Source of the DNA: Candidatus Krumholzibacteriota bacterium
GTDB taxonomy: Bacteria > Krumholzibacteriota > Krumholzibacteriia > JACNKJ01
Direction: 5' to 3'
DNA length: 64,000 nucleotides
NCBI GenBank assembly: GCA_016933175.1
Contig: JAFGBK010000011.1
Span: 1,254 to 65,253, forward strand
Every line of letters begins with the position of its first letter. Positions within the stretch are counted from its first letter, which is position 1. Positions 8,963 through 20,051 of this stretch are shown piece by piece. The translations under genes were made by a program, and so were the position numbers. The notes below the pieces were generated by a model. It saw only the letters and a program-made list of their open reading frames with translations. It had not been told where the DNA came from and searched no databases.

Positions 8963-9550
8963 ATGCCGAGCCCCCAGCGCGCGGCGCCGGACGGGGTGCC
9001 CGATCTGACCGACTCCCTGGACTTCTTCAAGGCCCTGGCCAATCCCCAGCGGCTCAAGATCCTCGGCCTGCTGGCCTCGCGGCCGGCCGTGGTCGAGGAG
9101 ATCACCGCGGCCCTGGCCCTCAGCCCGGCGACCGTCAGCCATCACCTGCGCGTCCTGAGGCAGGCGGGTCTGGTCAGCGCGCGGTCCGACCAGCAGTACC
9201 GCCTCTACGAGCTGGAGGAGCGGCGCCTGCGCCAGATGAGCCGCGAGCTGCTCCGCCTGGAGAACCTGCGCCTGGGCGCCGGCCCCTTTCCCGAGGGTGC
9301 CTTCGAGCGCAAGGTGCTCGACGCCTTCCTGCGCCGGGGCCGCCTGGTCGGCATCCCCGCCCAGCGCAAGAAGCGCGAGGTGGTGCTCCGCTGGCTGGCC
9401 GGGCACTTCGAGACGGAGCGCCGCTACAAGGAGGCCGAGGTGAACCGCGTCATCGGCCGCTACCACGAGGATTACTGCACCCTCCGCCGCGAGCTGATCA
9501 TGGCCAAGCTGCTGGCGCGCGACGGCGGCGTCTACTGGAGGAAGTCGTGA
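8963..9550 (+). CDS. ArsR/SmtB-family HTH transcriptional regulator with C-terminal DUF2087-like domain
   Basis: GAGGAGG RBS then MPSPQRA; HTH LANPQRLKILGLLASRPAVVEEITAALALSPATVSHHLRVLRQAGLV. Confidence 0.75.
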   Translation: MPSPQRAAPDGVPDLTDSLDFFKALANPQRLKILGLLASRPAVVEEITAALALSPATVSHHLRVLRQAGLVSARSDQQYRLYELEERRLRQMSRELLRLENLRLGAGPFPEGAFERKVLDAFLRRGRLVGIPAQRKKREVVLRWLAGHFETERRYKEAEVNRVIGRYHEDYCTLRRELIMAKLLARDGGVYWRKS

Positions 9551-10059
9551 AGGATTATCGCTTCTGCCCCCTCTGCGGCCAGGCCCTGAACCTGGTGCCG
9601 GCGGAGGGCCGCCTCCGCCAGGCCTGCGCCTGCGGCTGGACCAACTGGCGCAATCCCGTACCGGCCGCCGGCGTGGCCCTGCTGCGCGGCCACGAGCTGC
9701 TCTGGGTGCGGCGGGCCGGCGAGCCGCGCCAGGGCCAGTGGTCCCTGCCCAGCGGCTTCCTGGAGTGGGAGGAGGACATCCGCGACTGCGCCCGGCGCGA
9801 GCTGCGCGAGGAGACGGGCCTCGAGGTGCGCCTGGATTCCCTGCTGGGCGTCTACTCGGCCTTCGACGATCCCCGCAGCAATGCCCTGCTGGTGGTCTAC
9901 CAGGGCCAGCCCGACGGCGGCACGGAGCGGGCCGGCGATGACGCCAGCGAGCTGGGTTGGTTCCCCCTGGACGCGCCGCCGTCGCCCATCGCCTGGGAGC
10001 CGCACCGGCGCGCCCTGGCGGACCTGCAGCGGCGCCTGGCGGCCGGCGGCGGCGATTGA
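9547..10059 (+). CDS. NUDIX hydrolase with N-terminal zinc-ribbon (NudC-like architecture)
   Basis: GTG start overlapping upstream stop (AGGAGG RBS); CPLCG...CACGW zinc ribbon; NUDIX box GFLEWEEDIRDCARRELREETGL. Confidence 0.7.
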   Translation: MKDYRFCPLCGQALNLVPAEGRLRQACACGWTNWRNPVPAAGVALLRGHELLWVRRAGEPRQGQWSLPSGFLEWEEDIRDCARRELREETGLEVRLDSLLGVYSAFDDPRSNALLVVYQGQPDGGTERAGDDASELGWFPLDAPPSPIAWEPHRRALADLQRRLAAGGGD

Positions 10060-10114
10060 CGACCCTGCGCGCCTGGGTTAGCTTGACCCGCACCCTGCAC
10101 CCCGAGGAGAGAGC

Positions 10115-11533
10115 ATGGACGGCGGACTGCCGCCCCTGGACGAGGGGTTCCTGACCCGGCTGCTGGAGCGCGCCCTGGACCGCGGCGGCGACTACGCCGA
10201 TGTCTTCGTCGAGAGCAGCCGCAGCCAGATCCTGCGCTGGGAGGAGGGCCGCGTCAAGGAGGCCGACCTCGATCTCGCCCGCGGGGTGGGCGTGCGCGTC
10301 CTGGCCGGCGAGAAGACGGGCTACGCCTACAGCGACATCCTGGCCGAGGACGCGCTCCTTGCCGCCGCGGCGACGGCGGCCCACATCGCCGCCGGCGGCG
10401 GCGCGCCGGCCCCGGCGCCCCGCGCGGAGTCCGACCTGCCCGACCGCTATCCCGTCCGGCGCCCCCTAGCGGATGCCGCCCTGCGCGAGAAGGTGGCGCT
10501 CCTCGAGGGCCTCGAGGCCGCGGCCGCCACCGAGCCCGAGGTGGAGCGGCACCTGGCCAGCTACGCCGAGACGGTGCAGGAGGTCCTGGTGGCCACCAGC
10601 GACGGCGTCCTGGCCCGCGACCGTCGGCCCCTGCTGCGCCTGAACTGCACCGTCGTCGCGGCCCGGAACGGGCGACGCGAGACGGCCCGCCGCAGCCTGG
10701 GCGGCAGGGCCGGCATGGAATTCTTCGCCGACCATCCCGTGGCGGATCTGGCCCGCGAGGCGGTCCGCGGCGCGCGCCAGCTGCTGGATGCCGTGCCGGC
10801 GCCGGCCGGACCCATGCCCGTGGTCCTGGGCGCCGCCACCAGCGGCATCCTCCTGCACGAGGCCGTCGGCCACGGCCTCGAGGCGGACTTCAACCGCAAG
10901 GGCACCTCTATGTTCTCGGACCGCGTCGGCCAGCGCGTGGCCAGCGAGCTGTGCACGGTGGTGGACGATCCTGGCTTCCCCGGCGACCGGGGCGCCCTCA
11001 ACGTGGACGACGAGGGCCTGCCCGCCGAGCGCACGGTGCTCATCGAGAAGGGCGTGCTGCGCGGCTACCTCCACGACCGCCTCAGCGCGCGCCTCATGAA
11101 CATGCGCCCGACGGGCAACGGCCGCCGCGAATCCTACCGCCATCATCCGCTGCCGCGCATGACCTGCACCCTGATGCCCGCCGGCGACAGCGACGTGGCG
11201 GAGCTGTTCCGCTCGGTCCGGCGCGGCCTCTACGCCAAGAGCTTCAGCGGCGGGCAGGTGGACATCGCCCGCGGCGATTTCGTCTTCAACGTCACCGAGG
11301 GCTACCTCATCGAGGACGGCCGCGTCACGGCCCCCGTCAAGGGCGCCACCCTCGTCGGCAACGGCCCCGCGATCATGGGCCGCGTGAGCCTGGTGGCCAG
11401 CGACTTCACCCTCTCGCCGGGCATGTGGAACTGCGGCAAGCGGGGACAGGGCGTGCCCGTGAACGTCGGCCTGCCCCACATCCTGATCTCGGAGATGACC
11501 GTCGGCGGCACGCGCGGGGGCGGGGCGCCGTGA
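10115..11533 (+). CDS. tldD: Metalloprotease TldD
   Basis: TldD/PmbA fold with HEAVGHGLE motif; 472 aa. Confidence 0.85.
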   Translation: MDGGLPPLDEGFLTRLLERALDRGGDYADVFVESSRSQILRWEEGRVKEADLDLARGVGVRVLAGEKTGYAYSDILAEDALLAAAATAAHIAAGGGAPAPAPRAESDLPDRYPVRRPLADAALREKVALLEGLEAAAATEPEVERHLASYAETVQEVLVATSDGVLARDRRPLLRLNCTVVAARNGRRETARRSLGGRAGMEFFADHPVADLAREAVRGARQLLDAVPAPAGPMPVVLGAATSGILLHEAVGHGLEADFNRKGTSMFSDRVGQRVASELCTVVDDPGFPGDRGALNVDDEGLPAERTVLIEKGVLRGYLHDRLSARLMNMRPTGNGRRESYRHHPLPRMTCTLMPAGDSDVAELFRSVRRGLYAKSFSGGQVDIARGDFVFNVTEGYLIEDGRVTAPVKGATLVGNGPAIMGRVSLVASDFTLSPGMWNCGKRGQGVPVNVGLPHILISEMTVGGTRGGGAP

Positions 11534-12876
11534 GCGCCGCCCCCGACATCCGCGACCTGGCCGCCCGCGCCCTGCGGGAGGCGAAGCGGGCCGGCGCCGA
11601 CGAGGCCGACCTGCGCGTCTTCGAGAGCCGCGAGCTGCAGCTCGTCGTGCGCCTGGGCGAGGTGGAGGTGCTCAAGGAGGCGGGCGACCGCGGCGTGGCC
11701 CTGCGCGTTTTCACCGGGCGGCGGCGGGCCGTCGTGGGCACGACGGAGCTGGATCCCGACGGCCTCGAGCGCCTGGCCCGCGAGGCCGTGGCCCTGGCCG
11801 CCGTCTGCGAGCCGGACGACACCCACCGCCTGCCCGAGCCCGGGCTCTACGCCGCCGAGCTGCCGGATCTGGACCTCTGCGACGACGGCGCCGCGCCGGA
11901 CACGGCGTCGGCCATCGCGCTGGCGCGGGCTCTGGAGGCCGCGACCCTGGGCGCGGATCCCCGCATCGACAACTGCCAGCAGAGCCGCTTCACGCGAAGC
12001 TTGACGCGCACCGTCTACGTCACCAGCAACGGCTTCGAGGCCGACTGGCGGCGCAGCGGCTACTCCCTGGCCATCCAGCCGGTGGCGCGGGGCGCCGGCG
12101 GCGAGCGGGTCACGGACACCTGGTTCCAGCGCGCGCCCCACTTCGCGGACCTGCGCGATCCGGAGGCGCTGGCGGCCGAGGCCGCGCGCCGCGTCCTCCG
12201 GCGTCTGGACGCCCGGCGGGCGCCCACCGGCACCTTCCCCGTCGTCTTCGAGCCGCGCATGGCCGCGCGCCTCGCGGCCATGGTCTTCCACTGCGCCGCC
12301 GGCACCGCGGTCTGGCGCGGCCTGAGCTACCTGGCCGACCGGCGGGGCACGCGCATCGCCAGCGACCGCTTCACCCTGGTGGACGACCCGCACCGCCCGC
12401 GGGGACTGGGCAGCCGGCCCTGCGACGGCGAGGGCCTGGCCTGCCGGCGACTGGCCCTGGTGGATGGCGGCGTCCTCACGCACTTCGCCACCGACCTCGA
12501 GAGCGCGCGGCGCCTGGACCTGCCGCCCACGGGGCACGGCCTCTGGGGCGGCGGCGTCGGGCCCAGCAACCTCCACCTGGCGCCCGGTCCGGAGAGCCCG
12601 GCGGCGATCCTCGCCGGCGCGAAGCGGGGGCTCGTGGTCTTCGACATGATGGGCCAGGGCTTCGACGCCACCAGCGGCCACTGGTCCCAGGGCTGCACCG
12701 GGCTTTGGATCGAGGATGGCGCCGCGGCTCACGCCGTGAGTGAGGTGACCATCGCCGGGCACCTGGACGAGGTGCTCGCTGGCGTCGACGCCGTGGGCGA
12801 CGACCTGGACTTCTCCCTCGGCGCCGTGGCCTCGCCCACCCTGCGCGTCGCGGCCATGACCGTGGCCGGCAGCTAG
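11530..12876 (+). CDS. pmbA: Metalloprotease PmbA/TldE
   Basis: GTG start overlapping tldD stop (GTGA); TldD/PmbA family sequence (VSAAPDIRDLAARALREAKRAGADEADLRVF...). Confidence 0.8.
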   Translation: MSAAPDIRDLAARALREAKRAGADEADLRVFESRELQLVVRLGEVEVLKEAGDRGVALRVFTGRRRAVVGTTELDPDGLERLAREAVALAAVCEPDDTHRLPEPGLYAAELPDLDLCDDGAAPDTASAIALARALEAATLGADPRIDNCQQSRFTRSLTRTVYVTSNGFEADWRRSGYSLAIQPVARGAGGERVTDTWFQRAPHFADLRDPEALAAEAARRVLRRLDARRAPTGTFPVVFEPRMAARLAAMVFHCAAGTAVWRGLSYLADRRGTRIASDRFTLVDDPHRPRGLGSRPCDGEGLACRRLALVDGGVLTHFATDLESARRLDLPPTGHGLWGGGVGPSNLHLAPGPESPAAILAGAKRGLVVFDMMGQGFDATSGHWSQGCTGLWIEDGAAAHAVSEVTIAGHLDEVLAGVDAVGDDLDFSLGAVASPTLRVAAMTVAGS

Positions 12877-12885
12877 GAGGCGGGC

Positions 12886-14025
12886 ATGCGCTGGGCGCTG
12901 GTCGGACCCCTGCATCCCTACCGCGGCGGCATCGCCCACTACGGAGCCCTGCTGGCGCGCGAGCTGGCCCGCGAGGACGAGGTCCACGCCCTCAACTTCC
13001 GCCGCCTCTATCCCCGCCTGCTCTTTCCCGGCCGCACCCAGCTGGACGCCAGCGCGTCGCCTCTGGACTTCCCGGCGCCGCGGGTGCTGGGCAGCCTCGA
13101 TCCCCTGAGCTGGGAGCGCGGCGCCCGGCGCCTGGCCCGCCTGGCGCCCGACGCCGTCCTGTGCCACTGGTGGCATCCCTTCTTCGCGCCGGCCTACGGG
13201 AGCCTGCTGCGGCGTCTGGCCCGCCTGGCGCCGCGGACCCGGCGCCTGCTGCTGTGCCACAACGTGCTGCCCCACGAGCGCAGCCGCGTGGACACGATGC
13301 TGGGCCGGTACGCCTTCCGCGCGGCCGAGGGCTTTCTGCTTCACAGCGAGAGCGACGCGGCGGTGCTGGCCGAGCTGGCGCCGGGCGCGCGCTACGCCGT
13401 GCATCCCCATCCGCGCTACGGGGCCTTCCGCGAGGGGACGGTGCCCGGCCGGGAGGACGCGCGGCGCCGCCTGGGCCTGGCCGAGGGCGAGCGGATGGCC
13501 CTCTTCTTCGGCTACGTGCGGGCCTACAAGGGCCTGGACCTGGCCCTGGAGGCCGTCGCGCGGGCGGCGGCGCCGGACCTGAAGCTCTTCGTCGTGGGGG
13601 AGTTCTACGAGGACCGCGCGCCCTACGAGGCGCGGATCCGCGAGCTGGGCCTCGCGGGCCGCGTGGTCGTCGAGGATCGCTACGTGGCCAACGAGGAGGT
13701 GGCCCTCTACTTCCAGGCCGCCGACCTGGTGCTGCAGCCCTACCGCAGCGCCACCCAGAGCGGCATCGCCGAGATCGCCTTCGCCTTCGGCCGGCCCATC
13801 CTGGCCACGCGCGTGGGCGGCCTGCCCGAGCAGATCGAGGACGGCGTGACGGGCCTCCTGGTGCCGCCGGGCGACGCCGGCGCCCTGGCTGCGGCCCTGC
13901 GCCGCTTCCTCGACGAGGACCTGGGACCGCCCATGGGCAGGGCCATCACCGCCGCCGCCGAGCGCTTCAGCTGGCGGGGCCTGGCCGCGAGCTTGCGGGT
14001 CCTGGCCGCGGAGACGCGGCCGTGA
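12886..14025 (+). CDS. Glycosyltransferase family 4 (GT-B, GT1/GT4 clan)
   Basis: C-terminal GT4 signature region QSGIAEIAFAFGRPILATRVGGLPEQIEDGVTGLLVPPGD. Confidence 0.75.
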   Translation: MRWALVGPLHPYRGGIAHYGALLARELAREDEVHALNFRRLYPRLLFPGRTQLDASASPLDFPAPRVLGSLDPLSWERGARRLARLAPDAVLCHWWHPFFAPAYGSLLRRLARLAPRTRRLLLCHNVLPHERSRVDTMLGRYAFRAAEGFLLHSESDAAVLAELAPGARYAVHPHPRYGAFREGTVPGREDARRRLGLAEGERMALFFGYVRAYKGLDLALEAVARAAAPDLKLFVVGEFYEDRAPYEARIRELGLAGRVVVEDRYVANEEVALYFQAADLVLQPYRSATQSGIAEIAFAFGRPILATRVGGLPEQIEDGVTGLLVPPGDAGALAAALRRFLDEDLGPPMGRAITAAAERFSWRGLAASLRVLAAETRP

Positions 14026-14798
14026 GGCGCGCGGCCTTCCCGCCCCTGCCCTTTCCGGCCGAGCTGCCGGCGGCCGGCGCCCATCCGGCCCTGGCCCTCA
14101 TCACCTTCGCCGCCGCTTCCCTGGTCGTGGGCCTGGCCTGGTCGCCCGCCCGGCTGGCCCTGGCGGCGGCGGCGATCACCGTACTGCTGGCCTGGCCCCG
14201 ACCGAGCCGGCGGCCCCTGCGGGCCCTGCTGACATTCGCACCCCTGCTGGCCCTGATCCCCCTCTTCCACGTCCTGCCCTGGCGCGGCTTCGCCGGCGCC
14301 GGGCGCTGGCCCTGGGCCTACGATCCCGCCGCCTGGCCGCGGGGTCTCCTGGCGGCGGCGCGCATGGGCCTGTGGATCCTGCTGACGGCCCGCACGCTGG
14401 ACCGACTGCACCCGGCCGCCTGCCTGGCCGCGCTGCCGCGGCGGCCGCGCCTGGCGCGCCTGGCCCTGGCGCCCCTGCTGGCCCTCTCCCTGCTCGAGCT
14501 CTCCCTGCGCGAGGCCTTCCTGCTGGAGCGGGCCTGGCGGGCGCGGGGCGGCGCCGGCCGGGGCCGCCTGCGCGCGGCCCACTGGCCCTCGCTCCTGGTG
14601 CCCCTGTTCCGCAACGTGCTGGGGCGGGCCGACGCCCTGGCCGACTCCCTGCGGCTGCGCCGCTTCCCCGCGCGCTGGGCGGCTCCGGTTGCCGCGGGGC
14701 CCGGCGCCGGCGACCTGCTGCCGGCGGCGCTGGCCGCCGCGGCGCTGGCCGCCCTGCTGCTGCCGCGCGGTCCCTTCGCGATGGGGGGAGGCGGCTGA
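14022..14798 (+). CDS. CbiQ/EcfT-like polytopic membrane protein (orphan ECF transporter T-component-like)
   Basis: GTG start overlapping GT4 stop; about 5 predicted TM helices; ARG-containing loop LLERAWRARGGAG reminiscent of the EcfT coupling motif. No EcfA or S component nearby. Confidence 0.4.
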   Translation: MRRAAFPPLPFPAELPAAGAHPALALITFAAASLVVGLAWSPARLALAAAAITVLLAWPRPSRRPLRALLTFAPLLALIPLFHVLPWRGFAGAGRWPWAYDPAAWPRGLLAAARMGLWILLTARTLDRLHPAACLAALPRRPRLARLALAPLLALSLLELSLREAFLLERAWRARGGAGRGRLRAAHWPSLLVPLFRNVLGRADALADSLRLRRFPARWAAPVAAGPGAGDLLPAALAAAALAALLLPRGPFAMGGGG

Positions 14799-15577
14799 TG
14801 CCGGTCTACCGCCTGGTCCTGGCCTACGACGGGGAGCGCTTCGCCGGCTGGCAGCGCCAGCCGGGCCTGCGCACGGTCCAGGGCGAGCTGGAACGCGCCC
14901 TGGCCGTGGTGGCCCGCGTGCCGGTGCGCGTCCAGGGCGCCGGGCGCACGGACACCGGGGTCCACGCCCTGGGCCAGTGCGCCTCCTTCGCCCTGGACGC
15001 GCCCCTGCCGGCGGCGCGGCTCCTGGCCAGCCTGCGCGGCCTGCTGCCCGAGGACGTCACGCCCCGGGAGCTGCATCGCGCCCCCGACGACTTCCACGCC
15101 CGATTCAGCGCCGCGGCGCGCTTCTACACCTATCGCCTGGGCCTGCAGGCCTGCGCGCCCCTGCGCCGCCTGCGCTGGGACCTGCCCTGCGCCGTGGACC
15201 CGGCGGCGATGCGGGCGGCGCTGCCGGCCCTGCGCGCGGCCGAGGATTTCCGGGGCTTCGCCACGCGCGAGGGGGCGGCCAGGGGCAGCGTCTGCCGCAT
15301 CCGCGAGCTGGAGCTGGTGGAGGCCGACGGCGAGCTGCGCCTACACATCGGCGCCGACCGCTTCCTGCACAAGATGGTGCGCATCATCACCGGCACCCTG
15401 GTGGAGGTGGGGCGCGGACGCTGGGGACCGGGCCGCGTGGCGGAGATCCTGCTGACGGGCGACCGCACCCTCGCCGGACCGACGGCACCGGCCCACGGGC
15501 TGTTCCTGCGGCGCGTCGAGTACCCGGAGCACCAGCTGACGGCGCCGCCGGCGGAGCCCTCGGGTCCGCTGGACTGA
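14797..15577 (+). CDS. truA: tRNA pseudouridine(38-40) synthase
   Basis: YDGERFAGWQRQ and RTDTGVHA motifs; ATG overlaps upstream stop (ATGA). Confidence 0.85.
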
Positions 15578-15625
15578 TCGGCGACGGCCGCCTATACTGC
15601 CGGGAGTGAAATCAAGGGAGGCGCG

Positions 15626-16273
15626 ATGCGATTCTTCATCGATACGGCCAACCTCGAGGAGATCCGCAAGGCGGCGGCCATGGGCGTCCTCGACGGCGTG
15701 ACCACGAATCCCACCCTGCTCTCCCGCGAGGAGGGCGAGCCCCGCGAGCTGCTGCGGGAGATCTGCGCCATCGTCCCCGGCCCCGTGAGCGCCGAGGTGC
15801 TGGCCCTCGAGGCCGAGGCCATGCTGGTCGAGGGGCGCGCGCTGAAGAAGATCGCCGACAACATCGTCATCAAGGTGCCGGTTACCCTCGAGGGCCTCAA
15901 GGCCATCAAGACCTTCAAGGCGGAGGGCATCGACACCAACGCGACCCTGTGCTTCTCGGCGCCCCAGGCCCTGCTGGTGGCCAAGGCCGGCGCCACCTAC
16001 GTCAGCCCCTTCGTGGGCCGGCTGGACGACATCGGCGCCGACGGGATGGATCTCGTGGCCGACATCGTCCAGCTCTACCAGAACTACGGCTACGCGACCC
16101 AGGTCCTCGTGGCCAGCATCCGGCACCCCATGCACGTGGTGGAGGCCGGGCGGCTGGGCGCCGACGTGGCGACGATCCCCTACAAGGTCATCGCCCAGCT
16201 GGTGCGCCACCCGCTGACGGACAAGGGCATCGAGCTCTTCCTGGCCGACTGGAGGGCCAAGCACGGAGGCTGA
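15626..16273 (+). CDS. Fructose-6-phosphate aldolase / transaldolase (Tal 3B family)
   Basis: [13 protein letters not shown]...GVTTNPTLL...IVIKVP...ASIRH motifs of the short transaldolase/FSA family. Confidence 0.85.
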   Translation: MRFFIDTANLEEIRKAAAMGVLDGVTTNPTLLSREEGEPRELLREICAIVPGPVSAEVLALEAEAMLVEGRALKKIADNIVIKVPVTLEGLKAIKTFKAEGIDTNATLCFSAPQALLVAKAGATYVSPFVGRLDDIGADGMDLVADIVQLYQNYGYATQVLVASIRHPMHVVEAGRLGADVATIPYKVIAQLVRHPLTDKGIELFLADWRAKHGG

Positions 16274-16276
16274 GGC

Positions 16277-17515
16277 ATGCTTCCATCCAGCGAGGAGCGC
16301 AGCCGCGCCTGGCTGCCCGTGCTCACGGGCGTGCTGGCGGGGCTGTCCCTGGCGGCGCTGCTGCTGGCCGTCTTCCTGGTAACCCGCGCGCCGGAGATGA
16401 TGCGCCGCGAGGCCGCGCGCCTGGTCCGCGAGAATCCCGAGCTCTTCGCGGCGCCGGCGCCGGCCGACAGCCTGGCGCCGGCCGCGGCCCCGGACATCGA
16501 GAACTGCCGGCGCAACGCGGTGGTGCGCGCCACCGAGAAGGTGGCGCCGGCGGTGGTGGCCATCGTCGTCACCCAGGTCGAGCGCTACCGGGCCCTGCCG
16601 CGCTCCATCTCCGAGTACTTCGAGTTCTTCGGCGCGCCGCGCATCCTCGAGCGCGAGGTGCCGGGCATGGGCAGCGGCGTGCTCATCAGCCCCTACGGGC
16701 GGGTGGTGACCAACGCCCACGTGGTGGACGGGGCGCGGCGCATCATCGTGACCCTGAGCGACGGGCGGCAGTTCCCGGCCGGCGTGCTCGCCGTCAGCGC
16801 CAAGTACGACATCGCCCTGCTGCAGCTGGAGTCGCTGCCCGAGGGGGAGCAGGTGCCCTACGCCGAGCTCGGCGACAGCGACGAGCTGCTGATCGGCGAG
16901 TGGGTCATCGCCATCGGCAGCCCCTTCGGCTTCCAGCTCAACGACATCCGGCCCAGCGTCACGGTGGGCGTGGTCAGCGCCGTCAACCGGGACATCCGCG
17001 CCGAGGGCAGCGCCCTCTACAATGACATGATCCAGACCGACGCCGCCATCAATCCCGGAAACAGCGGCGGTCCCCTGGTCAACAGCCAGGGGCAGGTGGT
17101 GGGCATCAACACCCTCATCCTGTCCAAGAGCGGCGGCAACCTGGGCATCGGCTTCGCGCGGCCCATCAACACCCTGGTCTGGGTGCTCAACGAGATCGAG
17201 CAGTACGGCAAGGTGCGCGACACCTGGGCGGGCTTCACGGCCATCGACCTGCGCCCCTACCACATCGTGCACTACGGTCTGAAGGTCCGGCAGGGGATCA
17301 TCGTGACGCGCGTCTACAACGGCGGCCCGGCCGACGCGGCGGGGCTCGAGCCCGGCGACGTGGTGGAGGCGGTGGACGGCCAGGCGCTGCGCACCGTCGC
17401 CGACGCCAACATGCTCTTCTTCCGCCACGAGGTGGGCGACCGCGTGCCGCTCACCGTCAACCGCGACGGCGAGACGCACGAGCTGAGCCTGGTCCTGGAA
17501 CCCTACCGGGAGTAG
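16277..17515 (+). CDS. HtrA/DegP-family periplasmic serine protease (trypsin domain + PDZ)
   Basis: Catalytic GNSGGPL motif, His/Asp regions, C-terminal PDZ (GLEPGDVVEAVDGQ). Confidence 0.85.
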   Translation: MLPSSEERSRAWLPVLTGVLAGLSLAALLLAVFLVTRAPEMMRREAARLVRENPELFAAPAPADSLAPAAAPDIENCRRNAVVRATEKVAPAVVAIVVTQVERYRALPRSISEYFEFFGAPRILEREVPGMGSGVLISPYGRVVTNAHVVDGARRIIVTLSDGRQFPAGVLAVSAKYDIALLQLESLPEGEQVPYAELGDSDELLIGEWVIAIGSPFGFQLNDIRPSVTVGVVSAVNRDIRAEGSALYNDMIQTDAAINPGNSGGPLVNSQGQVVGINTLILSKSGGNLGIGFARPINTLVWVLNEIEQYGKVRDTWAGFTAIDLRPYHIVHYGLKVRQGIIVTRVYNGGPADAAGLEPGDVVEAVDGQALRTVADANMLFFRHEVGDRVPLTVNRDGETHELSLVLEPYRE

Positions 17516-17587
17516 GCCGGCAGCCCGTCTCCCGGCGGGCCTTGACGATCACCGCGCCCTGGCGGGCGCCGGGGGGAGGCGAGGGAT

Positions 17588-18883
<1,296 letters not shown>

Positions 18884-18886
18884 CCG

Positions 18887-19921
18887 CTAGAGCTGCGGAT
18901 CCCAGAGGTAGTAGAGCCCCGGCGCGCGGCGCGGCCGTGTCAGCGCCTCCAGCGCGGACGCCGGCTGGCGCCGGCCGGCCAGGTTCGCGGCGCTCAGCTC
19001 CAGCAGCTCCCAGAACTTGCTCGGCAGTCTGTGGCGCACCACCGCCACGCGCTCGACGCCGGCCAGATCCCGCATCTCCGCGAGCAGCTCCTCCTCGTAG
19101 CCCACGCGGTCCACGAAGCCGAGATCCAGGGCCTGCCGCGCCGTCCACACGCGCCCGTCGGCCACGGCGCGCACCGCCGCCGCGTCCATGCCGCGGCCCG
19201 CGGCCACGGCGTCCACGAACTGCTCGTAGGTCTCGCCGATGATCCCCATGAGGATCGCGCGCTCGTCCTCGCGCATGGGCCGGCCGGGGTTGAGCAGGTC
19301 CTTGTTGGGCCCGCTGGTCAGCGTCACCAGCTCGACACCGTGCTTCTCGAAGAGCCCCGCGAAGTTGAAGCTCTGCATGATGACGCCGATGGAGCCCGTC
19401 AGGCAGCTCGGGTGGGCGACGATGCGGTCCGCCGCCACGGCGACGTAGAAGCCGCCCGAGGCCGCCAGGCCGTTGAGGCGCGCCACCACCGGCTTGCCCG
19501 TCTCCTCCCGGAAGCGGCGCAGCTTCTGGAAGATGACGTCGCTGGGATCGACGGCGCCGCCCGGCGAGTCGATGTCCAGCAGCACGCCGTCGATGCGGTC
19601 CGATGCGCGCGCGTGCTCGAGCAGGCGGTCCACCCGTTCCAGCAGCGACATCTCCATGGCGAAGCCGAAGGGCGTCTCCTGGGCCTCGGCGCTGATGACG
19701 CCCATGACGGGGACCTGCAGGTAGCGCGCCTCGGGCTGGGCGTCCCCGAAGAGGATCGCATCCTTCCCGGCGCGCTCAGCGGTGCCGCCGGCCGCCGGAC
19801 CGGAGTCGGACATGGCGCTCATGAGCAGCATGCAGCTGCCGCCCTGCAGGGCCAGGAAGCCCAGCAGCACGAGGATGGCGAGCACGTGGAAGACTGACTG
19901 GAGGATCTTGTGGGCGTCCAT
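18887..19921 (-). CDS. sppA: Signal peptide peptidase SppA (36K type, S49)
   Basis: Start MDAHKIL at 19921 (N-terminal TM HVLAILVLLGFLAL); S49 motif LNGLAASGGFYVAVAADRIVAHPSCLTGSIGV. Confidence 0.8.
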   Translation of the reverse strand: MDAHKILQSVFHVLAILVLLGFLALQGGSCMLLMSAMSDSGPAAGGTAERAGKDAILFGDAQPEARYLQVPVMGVISAEAQETPFGFAMEMSLLERVDRLLEHARASDRIDGVLLDIDSPGGAVDPSDVIFQKLRRFREETGKPVVARLNGLAASGGFYVAVAADRIVAHPSCLTGSIGVIMQSFNFAGLFEKHGVELVTLTSGPNKDLLNPGRPMREDERAILMGIIGETYEQFVDAVAAGRGMDAAAVRAVADGRVWTARQALDLGFVDRVGYEEELLAEMRDLAGVERVAVVRHRLPSKFWELLELSAANLAGRRQPASALEALTRPRRAPGLYYLWDPQL

Positions 19922-19964
19922 GGCGTTCCTTTCGCTGCGCGGACGGACGGCGCCGGAAAAGGGC

Positions 19965-19992
19965 TGGACAATCGGCGCGACTTGCCTAGTAT
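19965..19992 (+). promoter_or_regulatory. Candidate sigma70-type promoter for purL (TGGACA-N16-TAGTAT)
   Basis: Sequence match only, in the divergent sppA/purL intergenic region. Confidence 0.3.
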
Positions 19993-20051
19993 ATGGCCTT
20001 TCCCGGTTCTGCAAACCCCTCTTTCGCGGCCGAAACATCCGGCGGTCATCC

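Noticed and set aside
10951-12876. 641-aa ORF whose first about 190 codons overlap tldD
   Set aside because: N-terminal part is an Arg/Pro-rich out-of-frame read of tldD; the real pmbA starts at GTG 11530.
11302-17479. Antisense ORFs 11302..13410 -, 13740..14582 -, 14318..15097 -, 15341..17479 - and frame-shifted 13161.. / 14372.. / 14689.. plus-strand N-terminal extensions
   Set aside because: Opposite or shifted frame relative to pmbA, GT4, ecfT-like, truA, fsa and htrA, which have clear family motifs; artefactual composition.
19922-20051. Possible purine/ZTP riboswitch upstream of purL (TATATGGCC… segment)
   Set aside because: Only a superficial resemblance; I could not align the conserved P1-P3 or pfl-motif core by eye. 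Needs an Infernal scan before any claim.
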